A stretch of 63,939 bases of DNA, filler included, from Kipferlia bialata (Eukaryota): NCBI GenBank assembly GCA_003568945.1. It is 6 parts of 6 records of this genome, joined end to end, with 100 filler letters (N's around TTAATTAATTAA, not from the genome) between each part and the next. Parts side by side here need not be neighbours in the genome. Positions count along the whole stretch, not along the records: positions 12,262 to 24,417 come from BDIP01001128.1; positions 24,518 to 36,652 come from BDIP01001129.1; 4 more parts are not named here. One strand, written 5' to 3'. Below, piece by piece: positions 13,284-25,126 of the stretch. Numbering within the stretch: position 1 is the first letter of the stretch; every line of letters starts with the position of its first letter. The notes under the pieces are model-generated. The model made no database searches. It was not told where the DNA came from and worked only from the letters and a program-made list of their open reading frames with translations. Made by a program: the position numbers and the translations under genes.

Positions 13284-14351
13284 ATGGCACCAGTACAGAG
13301 ACAGCCATGGTACGACGAGTGCATACGACTTCCACCTGTGACTCCGTCTCTTTTTGATGTCTCTGTCGCTAGTCTCGGACACAACAGAGCGATGGTGACA
13401 GGAAATCTATGGTCGGACTCTGCGACAGTCCCAAGGCTCTGCAAACAGGTCTGGTACGATATCAGGCTTGTCACTGACGACAACACAACCTGTATCCAGA
13501 CACAACCACTACCCGGCCCTGCAAACCCGCAGAATGTGATTGGTTGTCAAATTACCAGGGTAAACAACTATGTTGTTGCATTTGGGTGTTGTGAACGACT
13601 GCAGAAGTCTCTCTGGTTCATGCATGTGTACTCAATCGATTCTGGAGAGTGGGAGGAGATTCCCTATATTGATGGCCACTCACCATTACTGGGATACAGC
13701 CCATACATATTTTCCGTAGTAGATGCTTTCGTTGTAGTCAACAGATTCACCAAGGACGATACAGAGTCTCGTCATACATGGGAATGGTCTCTAGCCACCA
13801 GACAGTGGGCACGCTGCGGAGTCTTTGGTGCTGAACTCCCCGAGACCAACAGTGGGGCTACTACTGGTGAGACCCATCACGTATTTCAGGAGACGTGGTG
13901 GCACGGATGGGAACATATGTTCTACTCTCAAAGAAGGTGGCTTTCTACAACAGACCAATGGTCTACCGTCCTGATGAGTCAGACGGAAACGAGGGAATTT
14001 CACTTGTCCTTAGTGTCGAAACTGAGTGACCGTCACCTACTGGTGTTGACAAAGACACTTAGAAGCCCTGACAGAGATTACAACTACAATACGCTTGTGA
14101 TCACTTGCACAGAGTGTTGGCTGCGGGATACCATTACTCTTGATTTGGTGCGTCTCGAGATGTTGCCTCGAATTGTGTTCGAAGGTCATCATGCTATAGC
14201 CCAGACAAACCTGGTGACCATGAATCCCACTACAATCCTAGTGATCCGGGACTCGTTCAGTATGATCATTAACATTGACCCTTATGTACTTGGCCCTGAG
14301 TACCACACGAGTATGGTTGGACGCGGTATGTGTAAGAGCAAGAGAGAGTGA
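13284..14351 (+). CDS. Divergent kelch-type beta-propeller protein, intronless, 355 aa
   Basis: Uninterrupted ORF with QITRVNNYVVAFG…HVYSIDSGEWEEIP and TWEWSLATRQW; clear paralog of 15245-16345. Confidence 0.85.
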   Translation: MAPVQRQPWYDECIRLPPVTPSLFDVSVASLGHNRAMVTGNLWSDSATVPRLCKQVWYDIRLVTDDNTTCIQTQPLPGPANPQNVIGCQITRVNNYVVAFGCCERLQKSLWFMHVYSIDSGEWEEIPYIDGHSPLLGYSPYIFSVVDAFVVVNRFTKDDTESRHTWEWSLATRQWARCGVFGAELPETNSGATTGETHHVFQETWWHGWEHMFYSQRRWLSTTDQWSTVLMSQTETREFHLSLVSKLSDRHLLVLTKTLRSPDRDYNYNTLVITCTECWLRDTITLDLVRLEMLPRIVFEGHHAIAQTNLVTMNPTTILVIRDSFSMIINIDPYVLGPEYHTSMVGRGMCKSKRE

Positions 14352-15244
14352 TTGATAGTAACAATGTAGTGTGACTACTCGTGTGCGCTCGTCCGCTGAG
14401 GCAGTTACATAGCCGCAATGTGTGGTGATAGATATTGACACAGATATTTCTCAGTCACGACGTTCACATATCTATGGTGGGGTCTACACAGTATATACTA
14501 TTGAGCGTTAACCGTCTTCCCTCTACTCTCAGTGTCTGAGACAGAGTCTCAGATTCAATAGCAAGAAAGAAGCAGATGTACATTGCGCGACTGTGTGTGT
14601 TGTGTATTTACCAGTCCTAATCAATAGTGCTGGTATAAGTATATATTGTGTTAGGCTACCGAGCAGCTCTCTGCCTATATATCCACTCAGCTAGCCCCAC
14701 AATTGTGTGCAAAGACTGCTGTGTTCACTATCTTCTTAGCAGGACGCCACCACAATATTCTAGGTCTCACCAGCTGCTAGAGGCCTTATATTATATATAC
14801 ATATACATCTAAGGCAACGATATGAAAAATGTCGTGGAATACATGGCTTTCTAGCATAACCTCTACGGAGTCACTGCCCAGTCCGAAGATATACGCAACA
14901 CCTCTGGAATACCAATACTTTCTCTCTATATCAACGTCCGTCACCCTATCCATAGGCTGCTTGCTCAACAGTGTCTGTCCCAGCAGATGCTAGGTAGCAG
15001 AGGGTATCAAGTTGACACTATCAATCATTGAAGAGTTTTGGGGTTCGGTTCACTGTTGGCTGTATATTGTGGTCACTGAGAAATCCTCGCCATTGGAGAA
15101 GATAGCCACTGGTCCAATGTCCTGTGGCTTCTCAGACCACTTTTCTATTTAGGCCTTAACACCACCTTCCTCCAGGTAGCGAACTGACAAGCACTTCACC
15201 AAGCCATACTGCTATACGCAATCGAGATCGACACTGGACACACA

Positions 15245-16345
15245 ATGGTACCAGTACGGAGACAACAATGGTACACGGGCTTCCAGTATCTACCCTCTGC
15301 AATTCCTAAGCTGACCGATATATCTGTGGCAAGCCTTGGGAATAACAGAGCAATGGTGACCGGTTGCATTCTTGAGTCACCTGATACACTTGAGTTCGTC
15401 AAATCCAGCCGACAAGTGTGGTATGAGATTGATCTCGTTACTGTAGATGGACAGTCCTCTGTCCAGTCACGAACCATCGCTGGACCTTCCAACCCACATA
15501 ATACATGTGGATGTCAGATAACCCGTGTAGGTGACTCAATCGTGGCGTTTGGGTGTGCTTTAGGGAACTTGGATATTGAATGGTTCATGCATGTGTACTC
15601 AATCGATTCCGGAGAGTGGGTGGAGATTCCCTACAGAAGAGGCCACTCCCCTGTACCTCGGTATACCCCTTACGTCTTCTCTATTGGCGACTCATTCGTT
15701 ATGGTCGGTGGATATAGAGACTACAGATATGCCAAAAGGATTAAGTACACTTGGGAGTGGTCTTTGAGCACCCGGGAGTGGACAAGGCATGGTATCTTGG
15801 ACGTGTATATGTCTTCAGATACTGTCGGTGCTACCCTTGGCAACAGACACCATGTGTTCCAAATGACTCTCTTAGTGTGGGAGTCAGATGAGGATGAGTT
15901 ACATCAGGAGTCATCGCATGACTATCTCTGCTACTCAGAGGGGAATTGGGTCTCCGAGCAAGACGACTTTCTCCCTATGATCATTGGACCAATGGATAAT
16001 TGGAACGAAGGTGATGACTGTACCACCATTGCCAAGAGTGTGAGTTCTCACCACATGCTGGTATTTAGCCAGGTGACATCAATTGATGATGATACCTATG
16101 ATACTGAGGTGATATCTGAGTGTTTCATGCGGGATGACGTGTCTCTAGACCTAGTGCCCCTTAGAGTGTTACCCCCTGTGGTGCTAGAGGATGAACACCC
16201 ACGATATCCACAGATAGTGAAGATGAATCCGAGTACCCTTCTGGTAATTCGGAGTGATGTGTCTGTGGTTATCAACATTGACCCCTACTTTCTCAGTCCC
16301 GAGTATCACACGACCATGGTGGGGCATGGGAAGTGGGAGAGGTAG
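15245..16345 (+). CDS. Divergent kelch-type beta-propeller protein, intronless, 366 aa (tandem paralog)
   Basis: Uninterrupted ORF with QITRVGDSIVAFG, YSIDSGEW and VFSIGDSFVMVGG…TWEWSLSTREW. It shares the N-terminus (MxPVxRQxWY) and C-terminus (MNPxTxLVIR…INIDPY…PEYHT) with 13284. Confidence 0.87.
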   Translation: MVPVRRQQWYTGFQYLPSAIPKLTDISVASLGNNRAMVTGCILESPDTLEFVKSSRQVWYEIDLVTVDGQSSVQSRTIAGPSNPHNTCGCQITRVGDSIVAFGCALGNLDIEWFMHVYSIDSGEWVEIPYRRGHSPVPRYTPYVFSIGDSFVMVGGYRDYRYAKRIKYTWEWSLSTREWTRHGILDVYMSSDTVGATLGNRHHVFQMTLLVWESDEDELHQESSHDYLCYSEGNWVSEQDDFLPMIIGPMDNWNEGDDCTTIAKSVSSHHMLVFSQVTSIDDDTYDTEVISECFMRDDVSLDLVPLRVLPPVVLEDEHPRYPQIVKMNPSTLLVIRSDVSVVINIDPYFLSPEYHTTMVGHGKWER

Positions 16346-16639
16346 TACCTGGAACGGTTTTGGCTTATCCATTTCCATAGTCTCCTTAGATGACAGGTTT
16401 GAGACACACTTTGAGTCGATATAGGTCATGTAGTGATATGTGTAAGTAGTATTTCTAGGATCAAGTATATGGAATCCTGTTCATGTAATAGATAAGAGAT
16501 TTGCGAAAGAGTACATCTATAATAAATCTAGGAGCGCGTTTCTGTGTCTCTAATATGATTTGATTGGAGACTCTGGGACATAGAGGGAAAGGACTGCTTC
16601 GATATGAATGTGAAAGGTGACATTGGCCGACACCAGCAT

Positions 16640-19600
16640 CTAGCAGGCTGCTTTGGTGAATGAGACAACCACAGTGTCAGAACTCTCATCTGCATCAACC
16701 TGGGACTGAGCGGTGCTGGCATGTAATACAATATAGTAAAATGAATAGTACATACGGGATCCATAACCCATAAAGAGAAGACTTAGACTGAGCGACACCT
16801 GTAATCCAACATCAGCCTGAGCGAGATACTATATTGTAACAACACCGATCTATCTGCAACTACACCTACTGCCATACACTCACCTTCACCACCCTATCCG
16901 TTGGCCCGTGCCGTGACACACTCTCCCTCACCCCATCTAGAGGCAGTGTGTTAAGGGATATGTCCACCTCTGTCAGGGATGGGCACTCTCTGGCACTCTG
17001 TAGCAGAGGGGCCAGGTCATCTAGGCCTATGTTGCACCGTCTCAGGTAGAGCTGGGGTTGGAAAGATCCATGAGACTGGTAGAAAGAGAATCTATACTCA
17101 GCTCAGATGGCAACGCGTCCGCTATTGGTGATGTTAGGTAGGAGACGAGTAGACATTGTTGCTACACATGGATCAGACATCGACCTACCTTTGATACATT
17201 GCCTCCCTGGAGTGCACTGCTCAGAGTCTGGACACTCCCTGGGGCAAGAGTGGAGCCATCCAGTACAACCTAAGGTGTGGGTGTCGTTGCTGTAACACAT
17301 GCATATGTAACAATACGTATTAACACACATTCATAACAGTATACCGAGATACTACTAGGATCATGCCAATACTTCAGGACTCGTATCAATGACAGCAGGG
17401 CGCTAAGAAGTGTCTCGGGAGAGAGAATAGTGGACACAGAAACAACAGTATTGCTGTTATGTGTATACAGTGATGCTACACCATACACCATACCTCCTTG
17501 ACCCTGGCTGGCAGTGCCCTCAGCACCGTCTCCACAGACTGTACCACAGGTGGAGAGGTGATGTCCAGGGAGAGAGTCAGGGACTGACGTGAGGAGAGAC
17601 ATGGGACACTTGCGATCACATGATGATAGAACGCTATGCTTAAAAGGCACCCTATGCTCTGGTACGTACATCTGTAGCAGTGAACAGTGCCCTTTGTACC
17701 GACAACATTGAATGACTGTCGTCTTGGCGCTGCTGGATGCTGGACTGCTGGTAAGATAGTGGTATTAGCGCAAGAACACAGTCTATGGATAGTATACACA
17801 ACATGTACAAACAAAAACATACCGACAGCAGGAGTCGGTCAGCAGCAGCGGAGGCGTCAAATCCCCTGCTGCGCTGAGCACAGTCCTCGGCCTGGGATAA
17901 GCAACATTCATATTATACAATAATAGTAGTACAATCATAGTAATGAGTAAGAGTATAGTATAATATATGTAGTTTTGCGCTGAGCACAGTCCTCGGCCTG
18001 TGATAAGCTACATAAGAGCATATTGAATGAAGTGGCACTAATAGAGGCAGACCATGTACCTGTGCTATGTTGAGGGCAGAGGACTGGATGTACACATTTA
18101 TCTTACTGTGTATATGCGTATATATATATATATGTATATATATATACACAGTCCGTGTACCTGTGCTATGTTGAGGCATATCTCTCTCTCTCTCTTTATA
18201 TATATAAATGAATGTATATATTATTCCGTGTACCTGTGCTACGCTGAGGGCAGAGGACTGGAGATACATCTCTATCTCACGGTATATTGTACATATTTAC
18301 ATACACTTATATACAGTCCGTGTACCTGTGCTATGCTGAGGGCAGAGGACACTGCTAGGAACTCAGCATGGGTGCAGCCCCTGATAGATGAGGTAAAGAT
18401 AGACATATAGGGGATGACGGATAAATTCTTAAACAATACACATACACCAGTTACACATATACCTCTGGACTGGCGGGGTGGAGGAATACATACATTATAA
18501 TGAATATAATATATGTATATATATAATATATTCTACACTGTATATGTATTGAATTACCTCTGGACTGGCTGGCTGGATGGTAGCACTGGCTCCAGGCTCT
18601 CTGGGGTCACAGTGTACGGGTGCTCCTGGATGTCAGGTGTGAAACGGCAGAGAGCAACAAGTAACATCACACAAGACGACTATTTCTCTCGATATATACC
18701 TCCTGCAGCTGTCTCATTCTCTCTACCAGCTCAGTCACAGGTGCCCTCATGTTAGGGTCTTTCTGGGGGTGAGTAATAGTACCCAACAAACCCAACCATA
18801 CCTGTTCATAATATTTGGATACCCACCTGTAGCATTGAGTTGATGATGTCTGCCAGTGCAGGCACCACCTCTGGGGGTACAAGGGAGTGGGGGATGGTGC
18901 TGGGGATAAGACCTTGTTGACATACTATACTATTACACAACAGTACATCCATATATACGTACTCGAATCTGAACTGATCATCGTACAGCCTCCCACTGAG
19001 AGGGGTGAGTGACCGTGTAGAGTCACACTCACTGATGATGTCACTCATGAGCCACTTGGGATGCAGCATCTGGACTGTTAGTATAATGGTACACATACAC
19101 GCTTGTCACAATACATGTGGCAATACATGTCACACCATACCTCTGAGAAGAGCAGTCCCACAGCCCACACATCCCCAGTGTCAGAGCCGGACAACGAGGG
19201 AGAGTGAGGGCTCGAGGGCCAGTGCTGAGGGTTAGAGGCCTATAACTAAGACACTCAATATGATATCCCATACTTACCTCAGGTGCCCTGTAGAGGTGGT
19301 TGCCGATCATGGTGGAGTTGGTGGTGGGCTTCTGGGGGTGAGGAGTGAGACCGGGTATATATATTATATACCGCTGTAAACACAGAAACGTATACCGTAC
19401 GCCGTTCTCCGTACCTCCTCCCCCAGGATGCGACAGAGACCCAGGTCCACTATCTGGACTTGTACCTCTCCCTCCTCGGATATGTATACCATGACGTTGT
19501 CGGGCTGGGGGTCAGAGAGAGAGAGACCAATAGAATTTATACGTAGTATACAGTTCCACGATTGTGCAATGAATGAAGTTTCTATGACACAAACTTCGTA

Positions 19601-22600
19601 GAGACATACCTTGATATCTCGGTGAACAATCTTGGCCCGATACAGGGCAACCAGTCCAAGTAGGAGCTAGGGGTGAGTTATAGTAATAGTAGTAGTACAT
19701 CGAAGTGTTCTAAGTATTGTACATGTGGACATTGCATACCTGGTACATGGTCGTAAGTAAAGAGAGTCTCATATGTCAGGTATCTGGAAGCTAAGATAGA
19801 CACATCATGTATGCAGTGCATACCTGGTACATGATTGTGAGCATGTATGGCAGCGGTCTCTCTGGGCACCTCCCAGGGTACTTACGCAGGTACTCCTTGA
19901 GGGTCTCGCCTCTTGGTTAGGAGGACGAACCTGAACATATATGGAGTCAAACAGATAGTATAAGTGTCATCCACGCCTTGTATCAGTATTACTTACGCAG
20001 GTACTGCTTGAGGGTCTCACCTGGTGGGGTTAGAAGGATTGACATCTATATATCAACCTCTATATAGGCAAGTTTAGTATATATGTGCGAACATACCCTT
20101 TGCCAGCTCCATGATGATGACCAGCTCGTTGGGGTTGTCCTTGTTGATGAAGTGGTCCTTGATTCTGAAGTTAGGTGGGCATAGTAGTATCCTTCAATGC
20201 TACTACCTGCATATACGTAGTGAATACTATATCAATATATCACTCACTTGACCACGTGTGGAGAGTCGACATCGAGATCCTCAGCGGCAACCTCTCTCTC
20301 CACCTCTCTCAGTCGCTTGGCCGTCTTCTTGTCTGGGTGGGTCAGATACATATACTATATTTCCCTGTATATACACATGGCCTACTATATCTGCGCATAT
20401 ATTTATATATTAGTACATACCAAGTGCACGGTGGGACTCCTCAAAACCAGCCTCCCTAGGGTTCTGAAGGTCAAACACCAATAACACCAGGGAAACCAAT
20501 ACATACACAAATGTATATATTATCAGACACAGCTATATATATGAACATATACACCGTACGTAGTTGGTGAGGTCCTGGAACTTGGCTGCCACTATCTGGC
20601 CTGTCTGTATGTCCTTGGCCTGGGGTAACTAGGACATCTATATAGATATATATATATATATGTGTGTGTGTGTGTTAAAAATGTCCTTGGCCTGGGGTAA
20701 CTAGGATATATATATAGAGAGAGAGAGAGATGGATATATGTATATGTGTGTTAAGAATGTCCTTGGCCTGGGGTAAGATATTGGTGTATAGCCATATTTA
20801 TATACATATACACCTTCACATAAACAAGAATATGGAAGATATACTCAGTCTCTCATGTCCTTGGCCTGGGGTTGGGGGAATAGAAAATATCCAGATGGTA
20901 ATTTCGCTATACGTATGTTATCATCCATATGACACTCGGTTTGCATGCCCTTCGCTTGTAGTAAGTAAGGGTATAGATAAAGGTCATGTAAGAGTGACTG
21001 ACAACTACTGATACAACGGATACTCTCTACTACTAATTATGTAAAATATATATAATAGATACAGTCTGTCTGCATGTCCTTGGCCNNNNNNNNNNNNNNN
21101 NNNNNNNNNNNNNNNNNNNNNNNNNNNNNNNNNNNNNNNNNNNNNNNNNNNNNNNNNNNNNNNNNNNNNNNNNNNNNNNNNNNNNNNNNNNNNNNNNNNN
21201 NNNNNNNNNNATACAGGCTGTCTGCATGTCCTTGGCCTGGGGTAACTAGGGTATATATATATATACACTATAGTAATATATATACTTTATACTAATTATG
21301 TAAAATATATGTTATAGATACAGTCTGTCTGCATGTCCTTGGCCTGGGGTGAGATATTGGTATATATGCGTATATATACAGACACACCTTCACATAAACA
21401 AGAATATGGAAGACATACTCGTCCTTGGAGTGGGTGTGGAAATTAATAGACGTCCTAGTAAACGTGGACATCACATGACTGTACCTTGACCACGTATCCA
21501 AAGGCCCCCTTCCCCAGCAGGTCTCTGTTCCACATGTACCGAGAGTTGAAGGACCTGGGGTCACGTACAATGCTACTGTGTCCATAAAGTAACAGTGGGG
21601 AGCACTGTAGCAGATAGTAGTGTATATGTATGTACCTCATGGTGTGGCTGGTTGCGTTGAGGAGTGAGGGTGCCTGTCCAGCTAGAGTGGTGCCATTGCT
21701 AGGTCTGCCAGAGCCTAGGGACCCAACGATCATGTCCTGCGTATCAGAAAGAATACAAAGGTGTGTCCAAGGTACCGGTATAGCTATGATATATACATAC
21801 TGTATATACTATATATACTACATATACTATACCTGCTCGCTGTGTATCAGCAGCGTGACTGGGCTCAGCATACAGGCACGGCCAAACTGGAAGTCCACGT
21901 GGATGTCACCCAGCTGGGGTCAAGGGGGTACTATGATAGTATTATACTATCAATGCATAACTAGTCATACAGATGAATTAACACTAATTCATTTCATATA
22001 CATATGGATGTCCACGTAGATGTCACCCAGCTGGGGTCAGTTGGTATGGTCCTTACCTACAAGGATACACATCCATAAATACATATGTATACCTGATCCC
22101 ACTTCCTAGTGAGTGTGTCGTACTTGTGAACCCTGTTTGAGTGCCCCCCTCCCCCCATCACCAGGATGTCAGTGCCTATGCATACACTGCCAGCACAGTT
22201 GGACTGGGGTTAGTATATGGTATACACAATATGCTGCATATATACGTATACTATATATAGAGAGATATAGCATCATTACCCACTTGAACACTGCCAGCAC
22301 AGTTGGACTGGGGTAAGAGATAGGAGACTCAGTATGAATGCAGAGACATGGGGTGAGGGAATACACACTTCTACCTTGAACGGTGTGCCTGGCATCATAT
22401 ATGTACATATGCATATATACTATATACTATATATATACATATAAATACAATTATACTCATACACCTTGAACGGTGTGTCTGGCATCTGAGTCCACTCTCC
22501 CTCACCCTCTTCGGAGTAGGTCAGGTGCAGGCTCCTGGGTGGTCAGCATGACAGTGTAAAGTCCCGCATAACAAACATGCATATATCAATACTGTGAGCA

Positions 22601-24211
22601 CAAGGATACAGTCCCCCCATATCCGATGTGTCTTCAGCCTATACAACGTGTGTAGCACTGTACCTGTTGCACCCGTCCCTCCCCTCATTGCCAATGATGT
22701 GGACAGTGTCACCCACAACAGAGGAGGTGGCGGCGCCTAGTGTGATGGAGTGTAGAAACAAATACACACGGTTATGGTAAGTTAATGCTTGTATACATAC
22801 GCTCATTCTTCACAACAACGTCTTTTACGTATTACAGTACCTATGTACTCTACAGGTGCGCTCTTCCGCTGTGTCCACAGACGTGTCTGGTTATTAGTAC
22901 ACACACATGCATCTATACTATAATATACATATGTGTGTTTTACTATACTGTCCACAGACGCTCCTGTATGTTGGTATATTCATAAATATACAAAGTGACC
23001 AAGAGCAAAGAGTGTGGAGGTCACGGAGTGTTGGTTAGAGAGACACAGAAAAGTATAGGACGAATACTGTCTTCTGGAGAACGCTAAGGGTCGTACTACA
23101 ACTGGAGCACTCTTTGACAATCGCTTCAGAAACTGCTAGAGGGTAGTACCCCGAAACTGGACAGGGTTTCCCTACACTGTAGAGGTAAACCATACCTGTG
23201 CGTCATATCTCCAGCACTCGTTGACGATGGGCCATGCACCCACTAGTGACCCACCCACCACATAGACCATACCATGCATGGAGAAGACACAGTGACCTGT
23301 CCTACAGTGAGATATGGTACATATATATATTTGTTTGTAGTATGTGTAATCTGTAGATAGAAATGTACTCATAAGAATGCCATCGCAAACTATGACCGGT
23401 TGAGACAGGATATGCTCAAATGTGTGTACCTAAATGTATATACTTCCTTACCTAGGCCTAGGCCACTCCTCCTGCCCCTCTCTCTCCTGGGTGGACCAAG
23501 TGCGATCCTAGGTTGATAAGACAAATTGTGTAGGCAAATACGTCTAGAGAGGTGAATACGTTATGATATCATATTCATCGGTATAGCAGTGCTAGCAAGC
23601 CCTACCTCTATGCAGTATGTGTACAGTGTGGGTATGTTGACACTGCCCTGCTGGCCACTGAACACATAGATACTGGGGTCAGTAACATATATATATACAC
23701 ATATATATATATCTATACTGTTACATATATATAGTATATATACCCAGTATATACTACATAATGACACTGCCCTGCTGGCCACTGAATACATATACGCTGG
23801 GGTCAGTTAGGGATACACATACCCGGACATTATGTTTGTGACACGTATGTGTTGATGTGAGATTGGTACATACACAAGCATATATATGACATACACACTG
23901 GGGCTACGTATACATACACATACACATGATGAATTACTATTTCTCGTAAGGTGTATGTCTGTGAAAATGTCTGTGCATCTACATATCCCCCCCCCCCCCA
24001 CCCCACCCTATATGCGTCTGTCCATGAATACATACAGAAGAGACTAAATATATTTTCAGTATATATATATACGTATTTAAATGTGTATATATATATACTT
24101 ATATACTCACCTATCCCCCACCCTGCATGCGTCTGTCCATCTGATGTTGGTGGGTGGACTTGACTCTGTGTGGGGGACGGGGACGCCGGTGAGAAGGCCG
24201 GAGATGGGGTC
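16640..24211 (-). CDS. Kelch-repeat + Ser/Thr protein kinase + putative RNI-like LRR protein, multi-exon, 5' truncated
   Basis: Kelch exons (GHCVFSMHGMVYVVGG…WRYD; ILVMGGGGHSNRVHKYDTLTRKW) splice in frame to LGKGAFGYVVK|AKDIQTGQIVAAK, LVIIMELAK, IVHRDIK|PDNVMV, IVDLGLCR, YRAPE and DVWAVG. The C-terminal exon reads LYLRRCNIGLDDLAPLLQSARECPSLTEVDISLN. The last two small exons and the stop are tentative. Confidence 0.85.
20620..21484 (-). repeat. Intronic array of acceptor echoes (branch point-AG + GCCAAGGACAT), 6 decoy copies upstream of the real kinase exon
   Basis: The plus-strand word GTCCTTGGCC(TGGGGT) occurs at about 20611 (real), 20682, 20759, 20857, 21076, 21227 and 21335, separated by TA-rich spacers; includes an N gap. 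Confidence 0.9.
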
Positions 24212-24372
24212 CTACAAGTGAGACACCGAGACACCGAGACACCGAGACAGTGAGCGAGAGGGGGGGGGCAGACAATGGAGAAGAGAAGACAAGAGGGAGA
24301 GAGAGAGAGATAGGGAGAGAGCCAATGACAACTGTGTATGGGGTCTTGTATCTGTATCAGAAAATAGAGAAG

Positions 24373-24405
<33 letters not shown>

Positions 24406-24417
24406 AAAAGAAACACC

Positions 24418-24517
24418 NNNNNNNNNNNNNNNNNNNNNNNNNNNNNNNNNNNNNNNNNNNNTTAATTAATTAANNNNNNNNNNNNNNNNNNNNNNNNNNN
24501 NNNNNNNNNNNNNNNNN
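24418..24517. other. Artificial scaffold-concatenation linker
   Basis: 44N-TTAATTAATTAA-44N. Confidence 0.98.
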
Positions 24518-24568
<51 letters not shown>

Positions 24569-24609
24569 ATTAGTGATTCCTAGGGCTCTGCTTATCCACT
24601 TCTACTCAC

Positions 24610-24774
24610 CACGGGGGCTCTAGTGAGCATTGTGGGTGTCGGTCCCTGTCTGAATGCCCCACACCGGTGTATGGTCTTGGTGGCAAACTCCTCAGCATTG
24701 AATACGTGTGGAGAGACATGTTGAGGGGTGCCAGGGGAGGAACGCACTGGCCTCCTTTCCCCTCCAGGGGACAT
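24610..24774 (-). CDS. Possible first exon of a gene cut by the scaffold end
   Basis: ATG-initiated GC-rich ORF (MSPGGERRPV…TRAPV) ending at a GTGAGT donor, divergent from the 25127 gene. No recognisable homology. Confidence 0.3.
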
Positions 24775-25126
24775 GAAAGTACTAGTGTCAAGCTCTACTA
24801 GTATGGTACTGAGTAGTGGATGAAGAGAACAGTGATGTCAAACATTCCGATTGACTGTCCGACTCGGTCTCCGACCCCAAAGCTCTCTCTCTACTCACAA
24901 TGTCGAAGAAACGACAACTGCCCACAGACCTGCTACAATTATCGTATTCTGATGCACTACGGCAGTTGGACGATCACATATCGCAGTATGAGAGACTGGA
25001 TGCTGGTGTGATTGCCGCTGTGGAGCATATTGAGACACACTCAAGGCAAGTCAGTGTGTCCTAGGTTGATGTATACAGCTGGAGTCTCACTGCAGACCAG
25101 CCCACTCAGACACCACTCCTGCCATC

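Noticed and set aside
14786..14968. Short ORF between the kelch paralogs
   Set aside because: It is 60 aa, has a non-ATG start, and shows no recognisable similarity.
22985..23180. Non-TA intronic stretch as a MITE
   Set aside because: I could not find matching terminal inverted repeats or a target-site duplication.
24518..24567. Long G-runs at scaffold ends as telomeres or functional G-quadruplexes
   Set aside because: There is no telomeric unit, and the runs coincide with contig breaks and low-quality sequence.
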